Shown piece by piece: positions 43,595 to 57,616 of a DNA stretch of 64,000 nt (positions are counted from its first letter, which is position 1; every line of letters starts with the position of its first letter). A program made the translations under genes and the position numbers. Below the pieces are notes generated by a model. The model saw only the letters and a program-made list of their open reading frames with translations. It was not told the DNA's origin and searched no databases. Source of the DNA: Eledone cirrhosa (taxonomy: Eukaryota); assembly GCA_964016885.1 (NCBI GenBank), contig OZ024743.1:34658001-34722000 (forward strand), given 5' to 3'.

Positions 43595-43617
43595 ATTTCG
43601 AATCAAAACTGCGGCTA

Positions 43618-43695
43618 ATAATTGTTTCTACTTTTGGCACGAGGCCAGCAATTACCCAGTGCATTACTGGTACTTTATTTTATCGACCCCGTAAG
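43618..43695 (-). mobile_element. S1 SINE 3' fragment
   Basis: Tail and core motifs. Confidence 0.75.
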
Positions 43696-44088
43696 TTAGC
43701 TTCACTACTGGAAGAAGAAGGGTCTACAGTTTATGTTGATGTTGTAGATTAAAGTTGATTAAAACAGTTAAAAACAACGAGATTATCTCTTTGGTAGTTT
43801 TCTAAAAACACAATGATTCACTACACTAGCAGTGCACGGATCTGTAGAATGCTCAATCACTTTCATGTACTTTCATGTTAATTTCACTGGACTATCCGTC
43901 GTCAGAACCGACGGAGGTCCAATAACAAATGAAAAGAAGTTAGTCATAAAATGTTTATGTCTGTTCGTTCAGGGTCATGGCGAGTTAACCAACTTAAACA
44001 ACAAATCTAAGTATATCACATCTGCTTATAAAGTTTCCAGTACATTAACAGTAAATAGTGAGGTCATCACTATATATATAAAGAAATA

Positions 44089-44536
44089 CAGTGTAACCCT
44101 TACATTCGCGATTGCGATATTCGTGGTCCCGGCTATTTTTCTTAGAACCTAACTAATAATTGTTCGTGGACACCACCGCAAATTCGCGGAATCGTAAATA
44201 TCTTCACCAATTTTGTATGGCTTTTTTCATGGCAGTTCAAATCCCGCCAAGGTTAACTTTGCCTTTCATCCTTACGGGGTCGATAAAATAAAGTACCAGT
44301 AATGCACTGGGTAATTGTTGGCCTTGTGCCTAACGTAGAAACAATTATATATATTTTCACGCTTTTTAACGCTAAATTATTAATAATAATATACCGTATT
44401 TGCCGGCCTATATTTTACGTTAGGTTTTGACGTTTATAGGCACTTTTTTTTTTTTTTTACCATGTCGGTATTCGCGGTTTTTCACTTTTCGCGGGTGCTC
44501 TCGGAACCTAACACCCGCGAATATCGGGGACAACTG
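44089..44536. mobile_element. Tigger/pogo-like MITE with a nested S1 SINE (44235-44348)
   Basis: TA-cagtgtaacccttacattcgcg ... cgcgaatatcggggacaactg-TA; repeated ttcgcg subterminal motifs. Confidence 0.65.
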
Positions 44537-44979
44537 TATTTAACTACAGTATTATCTGTTGAACGGCCAGCAGAGATGTTTGTGAACAACGACAAAATAT
44601 ACAACAGCGGCCTGGCAATATTCCTGCCTCCAAGCTATAATAGATGAAAGGATTAAAGCAATACCAATGGAACCAACTAAAGAGAAACAAACAAATCAAA
44701 CCAAAAGAATATTTTGATGCTTTTTTTCCATTTGAAGTATGAGCCAATATATATTTGAATCATAATATATTGAAGCCATTACTCCAAACTACACCACAGT
44801 GCTCTACTAATGTTGAATATCTATAGTCGCTTGACCTGTTAGAAAAGTTAGCCAAATATCTCTCAAAACACTCCCTACCCTTTTAAAAGAGCAAGGACAC
44901 TTTTGATAAGCTACTCCAAGATATACTGCGTATCTAACAGCAATGGAATGTCTGAAACATTGGTGATTAGGAAATATTC

Positions 44980-46042
44980 AGCACCACCACATCTACCACC
45001 ACCACTACTATCACCACCACCACTAACAACACCACCACTACCACCAAAGCCACAACCACCACCACTAATACCACCACCACTACCACTAACAACATCACCA
45101 CTACTACTACCAACAACAACACCACCACCACTAATACCACCACCACTACCACTAATAGCACCACCACTACTACCACTACCACCACTACCACCACCGGCAC
45201 TAACAACACCACCACTACTACTACCAACAACAACACCACCATTACCACCACCACCACAGCCACCACCACCACCACTAATACCACCACCACTACCACCACC
45301 ACCACAACCACCACCACCACCAACACCACTACCACCACCACATCCACCACCACTACTACCACCACCAACACCACTACCACCACCAACAACAACAACAACA
45401 CTCCTACCACCACCAACACCACCACTACCACCACCACCAACACCACCACTACCACCACCAACACCACCAACACCACCACTACCACGCCAACACCACCACA
45501 ACCACGCCAACACCACCACTACCACTACCAACACCACCACTACCACCACCACCACCACCACTAATACCACCACCACTACCACCACCACCACCACAGCCAC
45601 CACCACCACTAATACCACCACCACTACCACCACCACCACAACCACCACCACCACCAACACCACTACCACCACCACATCCACCACCACCACATCCACCACC
45701 ACTACCAAACCACTACCACCAACAACAACAACAACACTCCTACCACCACCAACAGCACCACAACCACGCCAACACCACCACTACCACTACCAACACCACT
45801 ACTACCACCACCAACACCACCAGTACCACCACCAACAACACCACCACCACCACCACCACCACCACTACCACCACCAGCAACAACAACACAACACTACCAC
45901 CACCAACAACAACACCACCACCACCACCACTACCAACAACAACAACACCACCACTACCACCACCACCAACACCACCACCACCACTACCACCACCACTACC
46001 ACTAAAAATAACAACACCATTACCACCACCAACAACAACAAT
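44980..46042. repeat. (CCA)n-based low-complexity tract
   Basis: Direct reading. Confidence 0.95.
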
Positions 46043-46138
46043 TAACTTTATAGAAGTATTCTTGTCGACAAAGTTTCATTTAGTATTTTATGTTCTATAT
46101 TAATTATTCTGTACGCTGATATTTTTTATTTACTTTAA

Positions 46139-46555
46139 CCCTTTAGTGTTCAAACCGACCAAAACCGGCCAGAATTCTCTACCTCATTCTGTTGAAACTG
46201 GCTGTAACTGGTCGCTCAAACTGATGTTAAGGTATTGTTCTCAAAATAAATACTTTCAAAATCTCATTGATTCGATATTATGTGACATAATTATTGAGGT
46301 AAAGCCTTTACAATGAAAATATAATAGTAAATATAAAATAATTGTTTCTACTTTTGGCACAAGGTCAGCAATAATACCAGTGTATTACTGGTACTTTATT
46401 TTATCGACCCCGTAAGGATGAAAGGCAACGTTAACCTCGGTGGGATTTGAACTCAGTCCGTAAAGGGACGTAACTGTGCTGCAAAGCAAGGCGTCCGACC
46501 CTCTACCGATACTGCCAATCCACCGCATATATAAAATAATGTGAATGCTAAAGGG
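46139..46555. mobile_element. piggyBac-like MITE with a nested S1 SINE (46339-46526, minus strand, 12-bp TSD atataaaataat)
   Basis: TTAA-ccctttagtgttca ... tgaatgctaaaggg-TTAA. Confidence 0.8.
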
Positions 46556-46729
46556 TTAAACAACAATAGTCTAGAAATCTGCTAACGAAGCATTTCACAT
46601 CGAGTGCTTGGTCAAGCCAAGGGTTGTCCCCCTTCTTTCTCTCGCTCGTTTTGACATAACAGCTATATTGCGAAGGCTGTAGACCTTTCGGTTCATTCCA
46701 TTTGAACTTGGAGGGAAGCCGCTTCCACA

Positions 46730-47450
46730 TACATTGACGACGTCACAATCATGGTGATCGATATCGTTCTGTGAGAGTATTAAGAGATCTCGGGGGCACA
46801 CACCAGCCGGGGTTAGTAGATGGGTTAGTAACTCGGCACCTGGAGAGACAAATCCATGCCGGTCAGTGGCGGTTACTGTCGATTGTCCGAGGGTATTTTT
46901 AATTGCTCGGGTCTCTTTGAACAGGACCTCCTAATGGAGGAAAACTGAGAAGAGATCCGAAATAGTGTGGTCAGTCTCATTCAGAAATGGACAAAGAAGA
47001 AGCTGTCCCTGTAAGAACGGGTAGACATGACTAACGCCTACAGTGTTGCTTTGGTGCATTATCGTTTCCCCATTGTGCCATGTCCCATTAAAACACCAGA
47101 TTGGAGCTGATACTCTACCACTTCTTGTAAAAGGGCATGTTCCGCTAGTCAGAAAACATCTCTGATATTAACATCCAATCTGTTGGGGGTCTCCGGATAC
47201 CGTCACTAATGACAAACAGGCATGCGATGGAGCTGATACACCTACAGAAACTCTTGGACCACTGCAAAGACGATGACAACGACGAACGTGTGGGTAGCCT
47301 TCCTAGGATACGTGTGGGTGGTTGTGGGTAGCCTTCCTAGGATACGTACTTCTACAGTGTGACACCTTAACCGAGGAATAGCCCTGAATTCAGCACTGAC
47401 GAAGGCTGAACATTCGAATCTGAAATGCTGGCTATGACGAAAAAGGTAAG
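46730..47450 (+). pseudogene. Decayed L1/Tx1 ORF2 fragment
   Basis: KWTKKKLSL*ERVDMTNAYSVALVHYRFPIVPCP and GGLRIPSLMTNRHAMELIHLQ match the 61249-62142 translation (KWAGRKLSLKGRAEVANAY; GGMGMPWLMMRRHA). Confidence 0.75.
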
Positions 47451-47896
47451 TGGAACGTGGTAAAAAGTGTTGAGGAGAGGGGTTTTTTGTGACTAAGCCC
47501 TAATCAACTTCTTCAATGGCATTTGTAGAAGTTAATGAGGGTAAAGAAGTCGCTTCTTCGTGGTGTGCTTTAAAAAATGTTAGTGAGAGCGAAGGAATCG
47601 ACGAAGTTATGTCACTGTAAATGAGATAGAAACTGGGAGAGAGCAATTTTGTGACCTTTAAGGCAGCAAAGAGTAATCCGTGATTTCAGCTGAGGCATTT
47701 TCAAGAATTATTCTAGGTGTGTCTTTCTCACATAAGCGTTTTATTATCTATTATGATGGCATAATGATGAAGAAAATGTGGGTGGTGGAAATGATTGTAG
47801 ATGAACATTTTAGTGGTAGTGGGGCTAATGATTTTAATGGCAATGACATCATCACCATCATCATCACCATCATCATCATCATCACCATCATCATCG

Positions 47897-47930
<34 letters not shown>

Positions 47931-48198
47931 TACCATTATTACCACCACCATCCACACTCGTACCCCCCCCCCCACAAACAACCACAAACGCAGCAGCGCC
48001 AGCACCACCACCATCACTTTCATTCTCCTCATCCCCCTGCTGTCTATGGTGGGTGTGTTCGTAATAGCAACGGCGTTGATCAACTCTTTTGAAATATTTA
48101 AGCCCACCATGAATGTTTCGAATTTATAAATGTGCAGCGGAAACCTTATTATCTTGACATCTAATTTAGTTTGTCACGTGGGATGATGATCACGGCAC

Positions 48199-48235
<37 letters not shown>

Positions 48236-49138
48236 AATGGTAATGGTGGTGGTAGCGATGGTGATGGTGATTGTCGTTGTCGTCGAGTTGTTGCTGTTGG
48301 TGTTGATGACAGCGTTAAGGGTGGAATAGGGTAGATTTTACAGTCATCAATGAAGTCTAAATCTTAGGCTATCATACATGCAAATTGAAACGTCAACATG
48401 AATTAGATTGGATGAGCTATAAGCATGGCAGTGTGTAGGAGGAAGTGACCCTTGGCCAATGCAATTACGTAAATTACAAAAGCTGTGGAGGATTTGGTCA
48501 GAACCAATCAGAAATTAAAGAATTGCTGTCATATTATTGACGACATTTAAGTCATCAAAAGAAACTTTTCTATGAATAGAAAAATAAAATATGGTTGTTG
48601 AAGCGGAGAAGGTTTGTGTTCAAGCATTAGGGTTTCAAATCAACTTACCTCTCTATATGCGTTCTTCACTGCAGTGTGTGGGTTCTTTTTTGAAGTTATT
48701 TGTGGTGGGGTGCACTAGAGCAAAGGAGAGAAGTGAAAAACGGACAGTTCAAACTGACCAATACAATACACTCTGTAACGATATGATGACTGATCAAATA
48801 TAATTCAAGAAGAACTCCGTATTAAAGCACAATATCAATGTGAAGTACTTATACTCCATTTGTAGTTATGCTCAATAAAGATTCCCTTTATAAAGCTTTA
48901 ATAATGATTTCATATGCAGTATAAAAAAATGTTATCAACCCCGAAAGGAAGGAAACTAAAATTGACCTTAGCGGGATTTGAACTTAGAGCGTTGAAAATC
49001 AAAACAAATAATGAGGTATTTATTCTGACGTTCTAACGACTCCGCCAATCGGTTGTCGGCAATCTTTAATATAGTGTACAAAGTATGAAACTCTATAAGC
49101 ATACATTACTGTTTCCTAGTTTGCGCCCTACACTTCTA

Positions 49139-49620
49139 GCGTAGGGTTGGACACCATGCTTTGACGCATAGAGTTACGGCCCTTACCATTCTGAGTTCAA
49201 ATCCCGCCGAGGTTAATTTTGCCTTTCATCCTTACGGGGTCGATAAAATAAAGTACCAGTAATGCACTGGGTAATTGCTGGCCTTGTGCCAAAAGTAGAA
49301 ACAATTATATTACGCGTGAAGATGCATGGCTTGGAGGTGCTGGGCTCATGATCTTACGATCGTGAGTTCTATTCACGGCGATACGTGGAGTCATTGAGCA
49401 AGACACTTTATTTCATGTGGCTCCTCTCCACTCAGCTGGAAAAAATTAGGTCTATTCGTCATTCTTGTACCTCTCTCATGCTGAATCCCCGTAAGAATTT
49501 TGTTTAGGGTCCACATGTCTGTGGAATGCTCATCCACGCTAATTACCCAAGTAGGCTGTTCCGTTGTTCGAACAACTGGCACACTCGTTGTCGAAGCCAA
49601 CGGAGGTCCAACACACACAA
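49139..49620 (+). mobile_element. S1 SINE (49139-49307) followed by an S2 SINE
   Basis: Shared motifs with other copies. Confidence 0.75.
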
Positions 49621-51072
49621 CACACACATTATGCTATTCATGCTGTCAATATTATAGTTTAAATATTACTTATTGTCTACACTACACAATATTACACAGT
49701 GTTAATCAAACTCATTGATAGATACGAGGCGAGTTGTTAAAGGCGTCGTATTAAAAATATTTCGGCATTTCTTCTGGCTTATTTCACTCTGTATTGAAAT
49801 CCTGCTGAGGTCAGCGTTGGCTGTCAACCTTTCGATGTCGATAAATAAAGTATCAATCCAATTGTGAGCTTGTTTCTTTCTCTTTATCACTTTTTTTTCC
49901 CATTCACACTCTTTCTCTGGAAGAAATCAACTATGTTCTGAGCTGGAGAGGTGTGAGCTCCACCAGGTTTAAAGTGTCATAGACCTGTCAACTCTCCCCG
50001 TCCGACAGGGAGATCTCCCACCCACTTTGGGGTTGGTGAGAGATGTCTTCTCTGGTGGAAATCGGTATAGCTTTCATTAAGAAAAATCTCCTCATTTTGT
50101 CTCATTTCTCCCCGTTTTGTGTCACTTTTTTTAATGGTATCCCCATTTGGGTTTTTAGAGGTTGGTAGGTCTGGTGTCATGATGCCACCCTTTATTTACA
50201 TGGTGATAAATAGATACACTTAGCCATCTCAGGAGTTTACCTTTTACTCGAAATAAATCGTTATTTCAAACAAAGTATATAAAATATATATAAATTCTTA
50301 TGATTTATTATTGCAGTTATTATTGTTGTTCTCGTTCTTGTTGCTACTTTTCAGTGTTATCATATTCATTTCTTTCTTCCCACACCATTTTTTCTCCTCC
50401 AGCTCATTTGATCCAATTTCAATATCTAAATTCTTGTACAAGTCTTGTATGTTTTATAATAGTGTTTCCTTGGGATATATTTTGATGACTAATTCTGATG
50501 AAATGACACAATGTTCGCTGGAATAGAACAATAGGGCATAGAATAAGATAACAGGAAAAATAGAAATAAATACAACACGGGAAAGAAACAAATGGAAAAA
50601 AATGAAAGAAAATAACATATAAACGATAGTTTACATCTCTTTTATTATTTTTGTTTACAAAATTATTTTTCGAAGCTCTTAGCAGTATTCGTATAAAGTC
50701 TGTCTCATTCACAAATACTGTGACACATATGCCAATAACATATGTTTACTCGTCTGTTTCTTATGAACTGATGGTCATAATCAATAACTTGGATCATTTA
50801 CCTCGGGCCAATGTAATGAGACAAGGCTCTAATGATTCAACGAAGCGAGAATACAAAAAAAGGGACTTATGATCATCAACGTCATCATCATGATCACTAT
50901 CATTGCCACCGCTGCCGTCACCACATATATCATCCCCATCACCATTACCAGTAACACCACCACCACCACCACCACCGTCACTACATACACAGAGAACACA
51001 AAGTTACGATTCAAGTAGCGCCGTCCTTCTCTCTCTCTCTCTGGCTCTCTGGCTCTCTCTCTCTCTCTTTCA

Positions 51073-51142
<70 letters not shown>

Positions 51143-51165
51143 CAATGATATTAATAAATGGAAAC

Positions 51166-51196
<31 letters not shown>

Positions 51197-51197
51197 A

Positions 51198-51242
<45 letters not shown>

Positions 51243-51283
51243 ATGATATTAATAAATGAAAACTATATTTATAAAACCATATT

Positions 51284-51344
51284 TATTCTATTATATATAT
51301 TTCAAGGGTACCAAAACTTTGGTACGCACTCATCAGATAAAATA
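51284..51344 (-). ncRNA. Type I hammerhead ribozyme (family E; element 51240-51405)
   Basis: UAUUUUAU-CUGAUGA-[gugcguaccaaaguuuugguacccuu]-GAAAU-auau-AUA^AUAGAAUA. Confidence 0.75.
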
Positions 51345-51404
51345 CAAAAATTTTTTTATAAATATTGACTTATCCAGGAATCAGACCTTAACGGTTCAAG
51401 TTCC

Positions 51405-51454
<50 letters not shown>

Positions 51455-51621
51455 ATACTTTGGGAGGGTCATGTTGCCAATAAGAAGCACACGCACCAGT
51501 TGCTTTCACTTCAATTTATTATATATTTATAAATTCATAAATTTACAAATCTACAAACTTATAAATTATAAATTTCTGGTTGGTTGGTTGGTTCCACAAC
51601 CAGATAGTTGTTTATATATAT

Positions 51622-51666
51622 AGTCATAGTCCTTTCGTCACACACTCTGTGACCTCTTCAGTGACT
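51622..51666 (-). ncRNA. Minimal type I hammerhead ribozyme in the PLE 3' UTR/pLTR
   Basis: AGUCA-CUGAAGA-g-GUCACA gagug UGUGAC-GAAAG-ga-CUA^UGACU. Confidence 0.8.
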
Positions 51667-51943
51667 GGGAATTCCTTTCTTCGTTTCTGTGCCTTTTCTT
51701 TCTTCTATCCTACGCCATTTTGTTTCTGTGTGTGTGTTGTGTGCTCAGTTTGCGCATGTGCCACATCCGGGTGTCTGTGTGTGTTTGTGTTCATTTTTCT
51801 ATTTGTTTATTTATTTATTGTTGGTTGGTTGTTTGTTCTATGTGTGTGTGTGTTTTCATTTTGTCCTGTGTGTGTTTTCATTTTGTGTGTGTTTTCAATT
51901 GTAAGTTGTTTGTTCTATGTGTGTGTGTGTTTTCATTTTGTCC

Positions 51944-53002
51944 TTAATTGTAAGTTGTGATGTTGCTGTTCCACTCATATTTTCTATTTAATTTTGGTTT
52001 TAATTCTTTTATGCTTACTGCCTCTGTAATTTGCCTAAACATTGCGTCTTTTCTGTGCGTGGATTCTATTTTTATTTCTATGCTCTCTAATCTACCCCTG
52101 TGTTCTATCTTAGCATGTTGGTAGAGCACAGATGATTCTTTATTATCTTGGAGGTCTCGCCAGTGTTCATTTATTCGTTCCCCTATACTACGAGCTGTCT
52201 CACCTATGTACACTATATTTTTGTTTCTACATTGTCCTTCAGTACATCTTATGCTATACACTACATTTCTAGTTTTACAGTTAATATGGGGGCTTATTTT
52301 ACAGGTTATACATTTCTTATCTATACATGAGGGTCTTTGGAACGGGTATGTCTTGCTAATAAGTGTTTTTACGGAGGTACCAGGTCTTTCTACTATCTTA
52401 ATATTGAGATTATGTTTATTTAGGGCATTTCTAAATTTGTAGGCTAGTTCACCTCTAGGGGTTGTATTGATGAACATTACACTCTGGTATTTATTGCTAT
52501 CATACCATGAGTTTATTCTATTGGCCTTGTTCCTAGTTCTTTCTATTCTATTCCAAAATTTGCTCCTATACAAGGGGCAGGTCCCATTTATGTCATTATT
52601 TACCATTTTTTCCCATTTGGTTCTGGCTCCTTTATACACTCTGATTCTATCTCTCTGATTGTAGCCAGAGAACTGCATACGGTGGATGAAGTGTTGTATG
52701 TGTCTCTCTAGTTCTTCGGGGTTGCACATGCGGGACACATTTCTCATCACCCGTACCAAATCCGCAATCAGTATGTTGATTTTGGTATGGTCCGAAATGG
52801 CCGAGTTTCGGTGGATCAAATGTTTGGAAGTCATGGGTTTGGCATAATGGGAATGGAGGATTTGTTTTTGGTTGTTAATGGTATCTAACCAGAGCTCTGT
52901 GTCTAGTACAGGTAATCGATGGTTGGGGTGTCTACTTGGGTAGTCTATAGTAACTCTAATGCTCTGGTGGATGGAGTTTGCTATTTGCTGGATGCTTTCC
53001 AT
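51944..53002 (-). CDS. C-terminal part of a Penelope-like RT-endonuclease (RT thumb, Cys-rich linker, GIY-YIG endonuclease); 5'-truncated
   Basis: LPVLD and HYAKPM RT C-terminal motifs; CIDKKCITC; NVVYSIRC..C....VYIGETARSIGERINEH GIY-YIG; RQITEAV..LN. Uninterrupted for 352 aa, but lacks the YxDD RT core. Confidence 0.85.
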   Translation of the reverse strand: MESIQQIANSIHQSIRVTIDYPSRHPNHRLPVLDTELWLDTINNQKQILHSHYAKPMTSKHLIHRNSAISDHTKINILIADLVRVMRNVSRMCNPEELERHIQHFIHRMQFSGYNQRDRIRVYKGARTKWEKMVNNDINGTCPLYRSKFWNRIERTRNKANRINSWYDSNKYQSVMFINTTPRGELAYKFRNALNKHNLNIKIVERPGTSVKTLISKTYPFQRPSCIDKKCITCKISPHINCKTRNVVYSIRCTEGQCRNKNIVYIGETARSIGERINEHWRDLQDNKESSVLYQHAKIEHRGRLESIEIKIESTHRKDAMFRQITEAVSIKELKPKLNRKYEWNSNITTYN

Positions 53003-53015
53003 TGTGTTTTTCTCA

Positions 53016-53405
53016 GAGGTTGACTTTGTTTTTCATCCTTGCGGGGTCGATAAAATAAAGTACCAGTAATGTACTGGTAATTGGTGGCCTTGTGCCTAAA
53101 GTAGAAACAATTATTTGTCTAAGCAGACAGTACCTGATTTAGGAGTTGCAGAAACCCAAATGCTGGATTTTTCCAACCTTCCAGGGGTCCGGGTATAATT
53201 TTCAATCATATTTTTTTATTTGTTTGACCCGAATTACTTGGTCGTTTCTATGGCTGTGCGGATAATGGTTTAACCATCGTCTCAGTGTGTTTGGCCTTTT
53301 AACTTATGTTGTAGCTCTAGTTAACTAGCTTCTATGGAGCGCTTGCCACACATCTCGGAAGTTGTTTTTCGCTAATTTCCAATAGCCGAAATACGATTCT
53401 CGCTA

Positions 53406-53410
<5 letters not shown>
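53016..53410 (+). mobile_element. S1 SINE 3' part (53016-53113) followed by a family B element ending in (TA)n
   Basis: Homology to the other copies. Confidence 0.75.
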
Positions 53411-53487
<77 letters not shown>

Positions 53488-54214
53488 TGGCTGCCCACTC
53501 GTTTTCGAGTACGGCTACTACTTTATATCCATGTAAACACTACACTTGTGACAATTATTGACACATAGTGCTGGGCCCATGGTACCATGTGACGACAAGT
53601 GCAGAGAGATCTCCAGATATAAAGCAATGCCTGTGTCGTGAAGCTTTTATAGTGAGCAAAGGCACCGCACAAAGCCAGTCCCACTCTCTTAACAAAGATG
53701 ATATTTACCAAAAAGAAGACAAGTCAACATCATTGGATACCATCAGGGTTGCAGGTGTTATATCAGAGTTTTCCTTCTCCTAGAATTCTGCGTTGACAAA
53801 GGCTAAGGGGTCATCTCCCCCGGTGATTTTGGATGACCATTGACTCTTAAGAGCTCCTTTGCCCTTTGACAGGTTTTGTTTTTTGTCCTGCAGGATGTCC
53901 AAAGTCACCCTCCTCACCAAGAAACCTTGGTGGGGTTGCCAGTTTAGTCGCCATACACATATATACGTGTTTCTGCTGTATGCGTTGTAGAATGCCTCAA
54001 GTCATCTCCGACCAACGAGCCTACGATAAAAAAAGTAAAAGAAGTTTGCCATAACCATCCCATCTTATTTTTGGTGGATGGGTGTATACTGTGTATATAG
54101 GTACATTCTATCTAGAGAGCCTTTCTTACTTTGGTGACAGTGGGGCAGGGTTTAGTGGAGATTTAGCTATTAAGTCTAGAACATCAAGCAGCTGAGTAGA
54201 AACACCCACTTTTT

Positions 54215-54357
54215 AAATATGTATATGTGTACGTACGTGCTTGTGTATGTGTATATGTCTGTACATGTGTATGTATATATGTGTGTGTATATGTGTATGT
54301 ATATATGTGTATGTATATATGTATGTATATATGTATATATGTATGTTTATGTGTATG

Positions 54358-54390
<33 letters not shown>

Positions 54391-54516
54391 GTGTATGTAT
54401 ATATGTATGTATATATGTGTATGTATATATGTATGTATATGTGTATGTATATATGTGTATGTATATTTATATGTATGTATGTATATATTATGTATATATG
54501 TATGTATATATGTGTA

Positions 54517-54547
<31 letters not shown>

Positions 54548-54625
54548 GTATATGTGTATGTATATATATGTATATATATATATATATATGTATGTATATA
54601 TGTATGTATATATGTATGTATATGC
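54215..54625. repeat. (TA)/(TG) compound microsatellite
   Basis: Direct reading. Confidence 0.95.
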
Positions 54626-54828
54626 TGGAGAAAAATTTAACCAAAATAGAATAAGCCACGTTTAATGGAACAATAGGAAACAATTGCAAAGAGTGAAAGT
54701 TATTTTTAATGTTTCATGTTTAAAAACTGAATTATTTAATCGGACCCCACATTAATTAGTTTCTGCTTTCAGTTTAGATTTTTTCTCAATCAAGACTTGA
54801 ATACATGTTCCTCATAAAACGCTCTTAT

Positions 54829-54921
<93 letters not shown>

Positions 54922-55552
54922 ACATGTGTGTGTGAATGTGTATTCATTCATATATCAGGATATCTGTGCTTCCATTTACATTTATGTATGTAAAAGTGTA
55001 ATTTAATTTTTTTTTTTTTTTGTTGTTAAAATTCAATATAGAAATATTACCCAAAATAACAATTATATATTTTCTATTTATATATTAATTACTTTATCTA
55101 TTTATCGTTGCTAAAATATAATTCAAGGCTATTATATTGGCCTCAAAATAACTGGGTCATATTTTTTCTACTAAATATTTAGAAAATATAACTTTATAAT
55201 TTTTCTATTCTTTTGTTGTAAAAATAAACAATGATTTTGTTTCTAATAAGCCGAATATTTCAAGCAGATTTCCCCTTATTAATGGCGACGTTTGAATATC
55301 CTATTTTCACATGCTTTCCTTTCTTCATTATTTCTTCTTTTGAACATTCAACTTTTCTTCTTTTTTTTTCTGTTTCTCCACTTTTTTCTTTAACTTTTCT
55401 TTTCTTCCAAATTTCTTCTCCTCATTCTTTCTCAATTAGGTAATGATTGTTTAATAGAAACAAAATATATAAAAAAAAAAAAGGTTTGTTCGTGATTTGC
55501 TTCAACAATGATCGTATTTATGTGTGTGCATATATGTACACACATAAATGAA

Positions 55553-55594
<42 letters not shown>

Positions 55595-55706
55595 TGTGGG
55601 GGAAGGTCGATTAAAATCAACCCCACTATTTGACTGGTACTTTAATTTATCCTCCCCGGAAAGATGAAGGGTAAAGTTGACTTCGGCGAGATTTGAACTC
55701 AAAACC

Positions 55707-55794
<88 letters not shown>

Positions 55795-56159
55795 TGTGTT
55801 GTGACCATGCGCGGAGATGCTATAAAATAGCGTAAAGGCCCATAGAGACGGAAAGTGAAGTTGCAATCGTCCGCTACGAGGAATCGAACTCCGTATCTCT
55901 CAGACACCGGTAAAGATCTACCTTAGCCTTGTGAGTGATACTGGGTAGGCTGAAATTACTTGGGTTGACCCTGTAATTTAAAAGTCCAACCTTATCAAAT
56001 TGTTTGACGCTGGTCCTGCCTGAGGATTGCATTAAGAGTACACGTGTCTGTGGAATTCACAAACACTTGTATATTAATTCCCAAGTTAAACTTTCACCAA
56101 AAAGCCGTGTACTCATTGTCGAAACCGACCGAGGATCTATCATCTACACCACTAATATA

Positions 56160-57290
56160 AACACCACCAACACTATCAACGCCATGAACATCCTCCAAAA
56201 ATACCAACACCACCAACACCACCAACATCACAAACACCATCAATACCACCTACACCACCAACACCACAAACACCACAAACACCATCAATACCACAAACGC
56301 CACCAACACCACCAACACCACCAACACCACCAACACCACCAACATCGCCAACACCACCAACGCCACCAACACCACCAACACCATCAACACCACCAACATC
56401 GCCAACACCACCAACGCCACCAATACCACAAACACCATTAACACCACCAACACCGACAACTCCACCAACACCACCAACACCACCAACACCGCCAACACCA
56501 CCAACACCGCCAACACCACCAACACCACCAACACCGCCAACACCGCCAACACCACCAACACCGCCAACACCACCAACACCACCAACACCACCAACACCGC
56601 AAACACCACCAACACCACCAACACCACCAACACCGCCAACACCACCAACACCGCCAACACCACCAACACCACCAACACCGCCAACACCATCAACACCACC
56701 AACACCATCAACACCACCAACACCGCCAACACCGCCAACACCACCAACACCGCCAACACCGCCAACACCATCAACACCACCAACACCATCAACACCACCA
56801 ACACCGCCAACACCGCCAACACCACCAACACCGCCAACACCACCAACACCATCAACACCACCAACACCGCCAACACCACCAACACCACCAACACCGCCAA
56901 CACCGCCAACACCGCCAACACCACCAACACCACCAACACCGCCAACACCACCAACACCACCAACACCGCCAACACCATCAACACCACCAACACCGCCAAC
57001 ACCACCAACACCGCCAACACCGCCAACACCACCAACACCGCCAACACCGCCAACACCACCAACACCACCAACACCGCCAACACCACCAACACCACCAACA
57101 CCGCCAACACCACCAACACCACCAACACCGCCAACACCGCCAACACCGCCAACACCGCCAACACCACCAACACCGCCAACACCACCACCACTACTACTAC
57201 TACTACCACCACCACCACCACTACTACTACTACTACCACCACTACCACCACCACCACCACTACTACTACTACTACCATCAACACCTCCAC
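56160..57290. repeat. 9-bp tandem repeat (caccaacac / cgccaacac)
   Basis: Direct reading. Confidence 0.95.
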
Positions 57291-57509
57291 AAACAACAGC
57301 CATAATACCACACTACCAACTATCAAACATGCCCATACAGGTAAGTTCTACCTGTCGTAATACAGCTCATTAGTGTCCCATCCCACCTACCTTATCCTCT
57401 AAACACATTCCTGTCCTTACTTAACTCTCATCAACTACCTTCTCCTTCAAACAGGTAAATGACCCATCCCTTTGAAAACAACCGTAGCAACTTCGTTAAT
57501 GTCGTCCAC

Positions 57510-57558
57510 TACCATTGCCGCCACCACCGCCACCACCACTACCTCCACCACCACCACC

Positions 57559-57616
<58 letters not shown>

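Larger units (their letters stand above)
51451..53015 (-). mobile_element. 5'-truncated Penelope-like retroelement; 3' end abuts (TA)n
   Basis: RT-thumb/linker/GIY-YIG ORF plus a ~490-bp 3' UTR containing an HHR. Confidence 0.9.

Noticed and set aside
47396-47430. ctgacgaagg...gaa hammerhead-like motif
   Set aside because: No stem I or III pairing; lies within decayed Tx1 coding sequence.
53740-53955. RTE-like 5' UTR with a possible HDV-like ribozyme (minus strand)
   Set aside because: Could not find the P1 partner strand or the nested pseudoknot by eye.
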